Assembly (NCBI RefSeq): GCF_045124115.1
Contig: NZ_JBGVLF010000041.1
Location: 5,137 to 69,136 of the forward strand
Direction: 5' to 3'
DNA: 64,000 bases
Origin: Phascolarctobacterium sp.
GTDB taxonomy: Bacteria; Bacillota; Negativicutes; Acidaminococcales; Acidaminococcaceae
The notes under the pieces were generated by a model. It was not told where the DNA came from. It ran no database searches and saw only the letters and a list, made by a program, of their open reading frames with translations. Shown piece after piece: positions 10,442 to 17,760 of the stretch. Made by a program: the position numbers and the translations under genes. The number at the start of each line of letters is the position of its first letter. Positions within the stretch are counted from its first letter, which is position 1.

Positions 10442-11518
10442 ATGGAACGCAGAAAAACACGCCAGCTTAATGTAGGCGGCGTACTGATTGGCGGCGGTGC
10501 TCCCGTTGCTGTGCAATCCATGACCAATACCCATACGGATGATGCAGTTGCGACCTTGGCGCAGATCAAGCGCCTGGCGGACGCAGGCTGTGATATTATC
10601 CGTTGCGCTGTGCCCGATATGGCGGCAGCTGAAGGGTTAAAAACTATTTGCAAGGAAAGTCCTATTCCTGTTATTGCCGATATCCATTTTGATTACAAGC
10701 TGGCATTGGTTGCTATTGCAGCAGGCGTGGACGGCTTGCGTTTAAACCCAGGCAATATTGGTGGTGAAGAACGCGTGCGCGCGGTGGTAGAGGCTGCCCG
10801 TGAGCGCAATATTCCCATTCGTATTGGTGTTAACGCAGGTTCCCTGCCTAAGGATCTGCTAGAGAAATACGGCCATCCCACTGCGGAAGCATTGGTGGAG
10901 GCTGCTTGGCGCCATATCCATATTTTAGAGGATATGGATTATCGTAATATCAAGATTTCCTTGAAGGCGCACGATGTGCCTTTGACTTTGGCTGCCTACC
11001 GCCTTATGGCGTCTCAATGCGACTATCCGCTCCATGTGGGCATTACAGAAGCCGGCACTGTGAACAGCGGTATTATAAAATCAGCTGTGGGCATCGGTGC
11101 TTTGCTGGCAGAGGGCATTGGCGATACTATTCGCGTTTCGCTGACAGGCGACCCGGTCAACGAGGTCAAAGTTGCTTACGATATCTTGAAAGCCTTGGGC
11201 TTGCGTGAGCATGGACCTACTTTGATTAGCTGTCCTACTTGCGGACGTACCCGTATCAGCTTGGAGAAACTGGCGCTGGAGGTAGAACGCCGTTTGGCAG
11301 ATATTACGGAGCCTATTACTGTAGCTGTTATGGGCTGTGTGGTTAATGGACCCGGCGAAGCACGGGAGGCCGATGTGGGCCTTGCCGGAGGCATTGGCGA
11401 AGGCTTGATCTTCCGCAAGGGAGAGGTGCTGCGCAAAGTGCCGGAAGATCAATTGGTCAATGAACTCTTTGTTGAAATAGATAAAATTTTACTTGAAAGA
11501 AGTAAGAAGGCTCTTTAA
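10442..11518 (+). CDS. ispG: 4-hydroxy-3-methylbut-2-enyl diphosphate synthase
   Basis: VQSMTNT, SCPTCGR and GCVVNGPGE cysteine motifs. ATG 10442 lies 9 nt after GAGGTG; the track ORF starts at GTG 10430. Confidence 0.93.
   Translation: MERRKTRQLNVGGVLIGGGAPVAVQSMTNTHTDDAVATLAQIKRLADAGCDIIRCAVPDMAAAEGLKTICKESPIPVIADIHFDYKLALVAIAAGVDGLRLNPGNIGGEERVRAVVEAARERNIPIRIGVNAGSLPKDLLEKYGHPTAEALVEAAWRHIHILEDMDYRNIKISLKAHDVPLTLAAYRLMASQCDYPLHVGITEAGTVNSGIIKSAVGIGALLAEGIGDTIRVSLTGDPVNEVKVAYDILKALGLREHGPTLISCPTCGRTRISLEKLALEVERRLADITEPITVAVMGCVVNGPGEAREADVGLAGGIGEGLIFRKGEVLRKVPEDQLVNELFVEIDKILLERSKKAL
11481..11502 (+). repeat. 22-bp direct repeat, left copy (inside the ispG 3' end)
   Basis: ATAAAATTTTACTTGAAAGAAG is identical to 15231-15252. 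Confidence 0.9.
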
Positions 11519-11539
11519 CTGTTGTGAAAACAAAACGAA

Positions 11540-11578
11540 TAGACCGCCAAAGCGTAAGCTGAGACGGTCTAAGTTTTT
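11540..11578 (+). terminator. Intrinsic terminator after ispG
   Basis: TAGACCG / CGGTCTA stem followed by AGTTTTT. Confidence 0.55.
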
Positions 11579-11581
11579 ATA

Positions 11582-11610
11582 TTGCAAACAAAGGTGTGTT
11601 ATGATATAAT
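11582..11610 (+). promoter_or_regulatory. Sigma-A-type promoter of the small-peptide transcript
   Basis: TTGCAA (11582-11587), 17-nt spacer, TATAAT (11605-11610). Confidence 0.6.
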
Positions 11611-11673
11611 TTTTCTAGCAAGAGATGGCTGGTGGTCGGTTTTCCTACTCCCTAAGAGTAGGGGGTGATTGCT

Positions 11674-11751
11674 ATGAGCATATTTGATATCCTTCTTGTG
11701 ATATTAGATATTTTAAAAATCGTAGTGACCATCTTCTCGTTTTATTTTTAA
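11674..11751 (+). CDS. 25-aa hydrophobic peptide, candidate type I toxin
   Basis: MSIFDILLVILDILKIVVTIFSFYF. SD GGGGGTGA lies 5 nt upstream and is partly buried in the CCTACTC/GAGTAGG hairpin (11644-11662). Confidence 0.45.
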   Translation: MSIFDILLVILDILKIVVTIFSFYF

Positions 11752-11842
11752 AATGAGAAAAACCGCCTAGCGGTTAGACGGCTTCCTTCACGTATTAAAA
11801 TCACAGAGGAGAGCCGACCTACCACAACCGGCTATCTCTTGC
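11752..11842 (-). ncRNA. Candidate ~90-nt antisense RNA (antitoxin) convergent with the peptide mRNA
   Basis: Bounded by the minus-strand promoter at 11848-11877. Ends at the minus-strand hairpin AACCGC-TAG-GCGGTT plus T-run (11752-11775). Its 5' 30 nt are complementary to plus-strand 11814-11843. Confidence 0.4.
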
Positions 11843-11847
11843 TTTTT

Positions 11848-11877
11848 ATTATACTATTACATGTGGCTTTTTGTCAA
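11848..11877 (-). promoter_or_regulatory. Consensus promoter on the minus strand
   Basis: Reverse complement reads TTGACA (11877-11872), 18-nt spacer, TATAAT (11853-11848). Confidence 0.6.
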
Positions 11878-12224
11878 TTTTTTTGCGTTCTTCCGTTAGT
11901 TTGGCGTTCTTGTTATGATACTTTTTCTCTAAGGCAAGAAAAAGTATCCCAAAAGTGCCTTTGCCGCTTGCAGGATTCCGTTGCCTAGATAACGCCCGCT
12001 GCATACGCCTCACTGCGCAAAGAGAGCAATTTAATATCTGCTTTTACAACACTTGTGGGCTGACGGGCGGTCGCTCCTGTCCGTTGCTCTTTGCCGTTCA
12101 CCACGTCATCGCAATATGGCTTTATCCGGCATCCGTTCCTGTCTGCGCGGCGCGTGCTAGCGGAAGTGTGTAGTAAAGTAAAGACTCGCAGCCTACGTTT
12201 CGCTTCGGCAGCTAGTCTACACCA

Positions 12225-12397
12225 CCCCTCAGTCTGCTTCGCTTCTACGAAGCTCGCAGCCAGCTCCCCTAAATAGGGGAGCCGAGACATTTTTTGCATT
12301 CTTCCCTATGGTTATTAGAAATTTTACGTACACTAGCGGAAAAATTATATAGTGCCTCGTTCCCCCTATTAGGGAGATGTCGCGAAGCGACAGAGGG
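12225..12397. repeat. Two inverted copies of a double-hairpin intergenic repeat
   Basis: Copy a 12225-12289 (reverse orientation) and copy b 12356-12397. Each has a CCCCT..AGGGG hairpin, a hairpin containing GCGAAGC (12236-12242 rc; 12382-12388), and a GAGGG tail. A third copy lies at 51561-51609. Confidence 0.7.
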
Positions 12398-12443
12398 TTT
12401 GAAAATTCTTTACATTTAGCTTGTGGCTGGTGGTTGTCGATGT

Positions 12444-12452
12444 TATAATAAA
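12444..12452 (+). promoter_or_regulatory. Extended -10 element upstream of the autotransporter
   Basis: TGTTATAAT. No convincing -35 element. Confidence 0.4.
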
Positions 12453-12556
12453 GTTGAAAGATGCTCGTGGTCAGCGATAGACATGGCGATAAGGGGCTGT
12501 TCATGTGGTGCGTGACTGAGAGCGTAATGTGTTCGAAAAAAAGGAGCGTGTTGTTT

Positions 12557-15056
12557 ATGTTGTTTACAAGGAAGATGAAGTTAACTAAATTGCAAAAGCA
12601 AGTGCTGGGTGGAATGCTGTGCGGAGCTGTGTGCATGGGCATTTTTAATCCGGGGGGGGGCAGAGGCTGCTTATGTAACAGCTAGCATGAAGGTTTTGTC
12701 CGGTAATGCGGAACGTGTTGACGATGAAACAGTTCTGATTGATAGTAATAGTAGCGTTAAGATTAATGCATCCGATGGTACTATAGAATTGAATAGAGGA
12801 GATGCTGTTTTAGGTTCTTGTAATGATGTGAAAATTACTATGAACGATGGTGAATTACAAGTTGTTGCCGGTGGTCTCAATGTTGATGGTGGCGATTCTG
12901 TAACTGGAAATAGCGTTGTAATAAATGGTGGCTCTGTAGGTGTGACAGTTGTCGGTGGTTGTGTATGGGAAGATGGTTCGGCTAATGAAAATAAGGTTAT
13001 AGTTACCAACGGTACAATTGGTATTGAAGAATATGGTTATGTTAGCGGTGGTTATGTGGACGTAGGTGATGATGGATCAGGCAACGCTGGCAAAAACGAA
13101 GTAGCAGTTAGCGGTGGCACGATTAATTGCAATGTTTATGGTGGTTGGATAGATGAGACTTATGTAAATGGTTCTGCCAATGAAAATAAAGTAACGATTA
13201 GTGGCGGTGTGATTGTTGGCAACGAATCTGAAGTGGAAATTTATGGTGGTTATGTAGTCGGAGAGGATGATGGGTACGGTAATACCGTAAATGGTTCTGC
13301 CGATGGCAATATTGTAACTATTAGTGGCGGAACAATTGGTGCTACTGAATCTGAAGTGGAAATTTATGGTGGCAGGGTATATGGTGATGGATTCGGAGAA
13401 GGTCTTATTGTAAATGGCTCTGCAAACGGAAATACTGTGACGATTAGCGGTGGAACAATTGGTGGCGACGAATCTTATGTAGATATTTTTGGTGGTTTTG
13501 CAAGTGGAACTGGTTCCGCCAATAACAATAAAGTGATGGTGAGCGGTGTCAATGTTGGCTCCGAAGGTGTTGTTGGTGGTGGATATGCATACGGAAATGG
13601 TTCTGCAAATGGAAATACAGTAACAATCAGCGGCGAAAACACAGGAATTAGTATAATTGTTGGCGGTTATTCTGAAGAAGGCAATGCTATTAATAATACC
13701 GTTAACCTTTACGCAAATGCTAAGTTTGCAACTCTTTTTGGCGGAATGACCGGCGAAGATGGGACTGGTGATGTTAAGACAGGTAACACTTTAAATGTTA
13801 GGGGTTCTAACTTAACCGTTAAAGGAATAGAGAACTTTGAAAACATCAACTTCTACGTTCCTAGCGATGCTAAAAATGGTGATACAGTTTTGACCGTTAA
13901 GGAAAATGTAAATATCCAAGATACTACCATTAATGCGGGCGTCCAAAAGGGTTCTGAATTAAGTAAGGGTGATAGTTTAACCTTATTAAAGAGTGAAAAA
14001 GAATTAACAGGTACTGCTGCTAGCTTTGGTAAAGTTACTGAAACCGATTTCATAGACTATGATATGAAAATTACCCAAGATGGTAACTCTCTTAAAGGTA
14101 CCATTACCTCTGGAGGCTCTACCAACGAAGTCTCCAAATCCCCTGTGGAAACTATGACTGCTAATTTGGCAATGATCAACATGGGTCTTGACCAAGTAGC
14201 AAGAACCGGTTTTAACAGCGCAGCTGCAGCCATCAAGAGCGAAACTGCACAAGGTGCGGATTCCAGTGATGCGGCAATCTTCGCTAATATTTCCGGTAGC
14301 AATGTAAAAGCAGAATCCGGCTCCCATATTGATATTGATGGCTGGAACTTCAACCTGGGCTTTGCCAAAGAAATCGAAAACAATAGTGGCAAACTGTTGG
14401 TAGCTCCCATTGTTGAATACGGTCATGGCGATTACGACTCCTATTTGGACAACGGAGTACACGCTGACGGTAACAGCAAATATTGGGGCGCAGGCCTGAT
14501 GGCTCGCCAAACTAACAATAATGGCTTCTACTACGAAGGCAGCATTATTGGCGGTAAGAGCGACAGCGATTACAGCTCCTCCGATATTGGTAGCGGTGTA
14601 AGCTACGACAGCGATGCCCTCTTTGTAGCAGCACATCTGGGTGCAGGCAAAGTAGTAGAGATTGACGATGCTAGCAACATCAACTACTATGGTAAATTCT
14701 TCTACACCCATTTGGGTGGTGACGACGTAACCTTGAGCAATGGCGCAGACTACAGTTTCGACAGCAGCGAATCCAAACGCATTATGCTGGGCAGCCGCTG
14801 GACTCGCAGCATCAACGCTAAGAACGGCCTCTACGCAGGTCTTGCATGGCAGTACGAATTTGATGCCGAAGCAAGAGCAACTGTTAAAGGCATAGCTGCT
14901 CCTTCTCCCAGTATGCAGGGTCACACCGGCATTATGGAACTGGGCTGGAAAGTACAGCCTAGCGATGCTCCCATGGACGTAGACCTTGGCTTCATGGGCT
15001 ACACAGGCAAAACCAAAGGCGTGAGCCTCAACCTCAACCTGAATTGGAAATTCTAA
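12557..15056 (+). CDS. Type Va autotransporter, reading frame broken at a G9 tract (phase-variable OFF state or homopolymer error)
   Basis: AAGGAG RBS lies 10 nt before ATG 12557. This opens signal peptide MLFTRKMKLTKLQKQVLGGMLCGAVCMGIFNPGG, which runs into G9 and stops at 12685. The passenger and beta-barrel are in another frame (track ORF 12609-15056), ending ...NLNLNWKF. G8 would fuse the two frames. Confidence 0.8.
12652..12660 (+). repeat. Homopolymeric G9 tract
   Basis: Read directly: c ggggggggg c. Confidence 0.95.
12960..13640 (+). repeat. Tandem ~120-bp (~40-aa) passenger-domain repeats
   Basis: Repeated NGSAN(E/G)N.VTISGG.IG..ES.V.I.GG units. A 26-bp exact repeat GAATCTGAAGTGGAAATTTATGGTGG occurs at 13224 and 13347. 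Confidence 0.8.
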
Positions 15057-15069
15057 CTACATAAAAGCG

Positions 15070-15099
15070 AACCGCCGTGGCGAATGCTGCGGCGGTTTT
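15070..15099 (+). terminator. Intrinsic terminator after the autotransporter
   Basis: AACCGCCG / CGGCGGTT stem followed by TTG. Confidence 0.7.
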
Positions 15100-15182
15100 G
15101 CATTTTCGTTACGAATTTAAAACAATTGGCACTAATCACAACAATATACGTGGCTGGGGGTCTAGTAGAAAAGCCGAATTTG

Positions 15183-15191
15183 TGGTATAAT
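15183..15191 (+). promoter_or_regulatory. Extended -10 element upstream of proS
   Basis: TGGTATAAT. No clear -35 element. Confidence 0.45.
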
Positions 15192-15230
15192 ACTGCAGAA
15201 AATAATTTTCTTTGTGCACATTGTTACAGT

Positions 15231-15252
15231 ATAAAATTTTACTTGAAAGAAG
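15231..15252 (+). repeat. 22-bp direct repeat, right copy (covers the proS RBS region)
   Basis: Identical to 11481-11502. Confidence 0.9.
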
Positions 15253-15263
15253 GTATCCCATTA

Positions 15264-16973
15264 ATGAGAGTTTCTAAAATGTATGCACCCACCCTGCGTG
15301 AGGTTCCGTCCGAGGCAGAGATTCCTAGCCATCAACTGTTGCTGCGCGCCGGTTTCATGCGTAAATCCACCAACGGCATGTACACCTATCTGCCTTTGGC
15401 TTGGCGCGTAATCAAAAAGATTGAAAATATTATTCGTGATGAAATGGATAAGAAGGGCGCACAAGAAATTATGATGCCCATTATGCAGCCTGCAGAAATT
15501 TGGGAAGAAAGCGGTCGTTGGGGTGCTTATGGCGCTGAAATGATTCGTTTGAAGGACCGTCATGGTCATGAATACTGCCTTGGCCCCACTCACGAAGAAA
15601 TGGTAACTACTGTTGTTAAGAGCGACGTGCGTTCCTATCGCCAACTGCCCTTGAACTTGTACCAAATCCAAGATAAATTCCGCGATGAACGCCGTCCTCG
15701 TTTCGGCCTCATGCGCAGCCGTGACTTCATCATGAAAGATGCTTATTCTTTCGACCGTGATGAAGCAGGTTTGGATGTATCTTATCAAGAAATGTACGAT
15801 GCATATACCAATATCTTCAACCGTTGCGGTCTGACCTTCCGCCCTGTAGAAGCAGATAGCGGTGCTATCGGCGGCAACGGCAGCCATGAATTCATGGTTC
15901 TGGCTGAAAGTGGTGAAGCAGAAATCGTATACTGCCCCGAATGTGATTATGCAGCAGACGTAGAAAAAGCAGAACTGCATACCATCGAAGCAACAGAAGA
16001 AGCAGAACTGCCCATGGAAAAGGTGCTGACACCCAACTGCAAGACTATTGAAGATGTTTGCAAGTTCCTGAACGCTCCTGTAGAAAAATCCATGAAGGCT
16101 GTTGCTTTCCAAAGCGAAAAAGGCTTGATCCTGTGCTTTGTTCGCGGTGACCACGAAGTAAACGAAATTAAAGTAGTAAACACTGTTGGTGTTACCGAAG
16201 TAGAAATGGCTGAACCGGAACTGCTGGCAATGGCAGGTACTTTCGGCGGCTATATGGGTCCTGTAGGCTTGGATCCCAAGAAAGTTATCATTGTTGTTGA
16301 CCAAAGCGTAATGAAGATGCACAACATCTGCTGCGGTGCTAACGAAGAAGGCTACCACTTCATCAATGTTAACCCCGGCCGTGACTTTACTCCTACCTAT
16401 GTAGCAGATATCCGCCTGATGGCTGAAGGCGATCCCTGCCCGCACTGCGGCGCTCCTGTAAAGAAAGCACGTGGTATTGAAGTTGGCCAAGTATTCAAGC
16501 TGTTCACCAAATACAGCAAAGCCATGAAAGCTACCTTCTTGGACGAAAACGGCAAGGAACAACCTATGGTTATGGGTTGCTACGGTATCGGCGTTGGTCG
16601 TACTATGGCTGCATCCGTTGAACAAAACAACGATAAGGACGGCATGATTTGGCCTGCTGCTATTGCTCCCTACGAAGTTTTGGTTGTACCTGTAAACGTA
16701 AAAGACGAAGAATCCAATGCCAAGGCTGAAGCAATCTACAAAGAATTGCAAAACGCAGGCGTGGAAGTCGTTATCGACGACCGTAAAGAACGCCCCGGCG
16801 TTAAATTTAAAGATGCTGATTTGATTGGCTATCCTCTGCGTGTAGTTGTTGGTCCTAAGACTTTGACTACCGGTGAATTGGAAGTTAAAGTACGTCGCAA
16901 TGGCGAAGTACACATGCTGCCTTTGGATAGCGATTATGTAGGCACCATTAAAGAAATGCTGAAGAGTTTATAA
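15264..16973 (+). CDS. proS: Prolyl-tRNA synthetase (bacterial type)
   Basis: [15 protein letters not shown]... N-terminus. Motif 2 [25 protein letters not shown] and motif 3 GCYGIGVGR. The track ORF's 60-codon N-terminal extension has no homology-like content. Confidence 0.94.
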   Translation: MRVSKMYAPTLREVPSEAEIPSHQLLLRAGFMRKSTNGMYTYLPLAWRVIKKIENIIRDEMDKKGAQEIMMPIMQPAEIWEESGRWGAYGAEMIRLKDRHGHEYCLGPTHEEMVTTVVKSDVRSYRQLPLNLYQIQDKFRDERRPRFGLMRSRDFIMKDAYSFDRDEAGLDVSYQEMYDAYTNIFNRCGLTFRPVEADSGAIGGNGSHEFMVLAESGEAEIVYCPECDYAADVEKAELHTIEATEEAELPMEKVLTPNCKTIEDVCKFLNAPVEKSMKAVAFQSEKGLILCFVRGDHEVNEIKVVNTVGVTEVEMAEPELLAMAGTFGGYMGPVGLDPKKVIIVVDQSVMKMHNICCGANEEGYHFINVNPGRDFTPTYVADIRLMAEGDPCPHCGAPVKKARGIEVGQVFKLFTKYSKAMKATFLDENGKEQPMVMGCYGIGVGRTMAASVEQNNDKDGMIWPAAIAPYEVLVVPVNVKDEESNAKAEAIYKELQNAGVEVVIDDRKERPGVKFKDADLIGYPLRVVVGPKTLTTGELEVKVRRNGEVHMLPLDSDYVGTIKEMLKSL

Positions 16974-16992
16974 GAATTTGAGGTAAATAAAG

Positions 16993-17721
16993 TTGGATAA
17001 TCTTGCTTTTTTGCATAACCAAGAAGTAATGATGGTTGTCCGGCTGGTTGTTGCCGCCATTCTCGGCGGTATAGTTGGTATAGAAAGAGGTAGCGGTGAC
17101 CGCCCTGCCGGTTTCCGCACCCATATTTTGGTATGCGTGGGTTCTGCCCTGTTCATGCTGGTTTCCATGTACGGCTTTGATGATGTTGCTCCTGCTACCG
17201 CCATTGCGGAGGGGGACATGGGCGCTCGTCGCGATTCCGCCCGCATTGCTGCCCAAGTAGTTAGCGGTATCGGCTTTTTAGGCGCAGGTACCATTCTCCA
17301 TGAAGGCTTGACCATCCGTGGCTTGACCACGGCAGCAAGCTTGTGGATGGTTTCCGCTATTGGTTTGGCAGTGGGTAGCGGTATGTTCTTCTTGAGTACG
17401 GTGGCTACCATTATCACCATGATTACCTTGGTTACTTTCCACACTTGGGAAAAACGCTTTGCTGCCAGCAGTCGCAGTGACCGCCGTTTTGTGCGAATTA
17501 CCACCAGCAACCGTACCGGTGCCATTACAGATATTACAGGCTATCTTTCCCTTAACGGCGTGCAGGTGCGCTCCTTAAACGTAAAAAAGGATAAGGAAAA
17601 GAACAACCTGATTATTGACCTATATCTAAAGATTAGTAAGACTGCTCCTGAAAGCGCGGATATTATCCGTGGCTTACAGGGCATCGAGGGCATTTTGTCC
17701 GTAGAAAACAATAAATATTAA
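16993..17721 (+). CDS. MgtC/SapB family membrane protein
   Basis: RLVVAAILGGIVGIERGSGDRPAGFRTHILV motif plus a C-terminal ACT-like soluble domain. TTG start 9 nt after TGAGGT. Confidence 0.85.
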   Translation: MDNLAFLHNQEVMMVVRLVVAAILGGIVGIERGSGDRPAGFRTHILVCVGSALFMLVSMYGFDDVAPATAIAEGDMGARRDSARIAAQVVSGIGFLGAGTILHEGLTIRGLTTAASLWMVSAIGLAVGSGMFFLSTVATIITMITLVTFHTWEKRFAASSRSDRRFVRITTSNRTGAITDITGYLSLNGVQVRSLNVKKDKEKNNLIIDLYLKISKTAPESADIIRGLQGIEGILSVENNKY

Positions 17722-17726
17722 CAACA

Positions 17727-17758
17727 TCTCCCCCTGTTGCGTAGCGATAAGGGGGAGA
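17727..17758 (+). promoter_or_regulatory. Hairpin sequestering the polC Shine-Dalgarno
   Basis: Perfect 9-bp stem TCTCCCCCT (17727-17735) / AGGGGGAGA (17750-17758). ATG at 17761. No T-run follows. Confidence 0.5.
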
Positions 17759-17760
17759 AG

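Noticed and set aside
11617-11843. 6S RNA or another housekeeping ncRNA, as an explanation for the long 5'/3' closing helix.
   Set aside because: The interior is an AT-rich segment with a well-placed SD and a 25-codon hydrophobic ORF. A consensus antisense promoter plus terminator sits on the other strand. This fits type I TA better. I cannot exclude a known family without cmscan.
11955-12299. ORFs 11955-12173 (+), 11985-12299 (-) and 12091-12276 (+) as protein-coding genes.
   Set aside because: They run through the palindromic repeat copies, lack RBSs, overlap each other on both strands, and have odd composition. They are most likely repeat-derived spurious ORFs.
12421-12436. An 11-mer TGGCTGGTGGT shared between the toxin mRNA 5' end (11626-11636) and the autotransporter promoter region, as a possible second antisense target.
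   Set aside because: It has the same sense as the antisense RNA 5' end, so it is not complementary. It is short enough to be coincidence.
12609-12686. GVG 12609 (MECCAELC...) or ATG 12687 as the true start of the first autotransporter.
   Set aside because: There is no RBS and no signal peptide in that frame. A complete RBS plus signal peptide lies upstream in another frame and is joined by the G9 tract.
15057-15263. A T-box leader upstream of proS.
   Set aside because: The 5' UTR after the extended -10 is only about 70 nt. I see no specifier-loop, T-box sequence or terminator-antiterminator pair.
15261-16913. 550-aa minus-strand ORF, and similar long antisense ORFs at 25498-26487 (+), 14004-14924 (-), 24259-25329 (-), 3330-3995 (-), 4833-5534 (-), 5381-6016 (-) and 19861-20574 (-).
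   Set aside because: These are shadow ORFs on the opposite strand of well-supported genes (proS, ilvD, the autotransporters, ftsY, pyrH, frr, polC). Their translations are low-complexity, with no recognisable motifs and no RBS.
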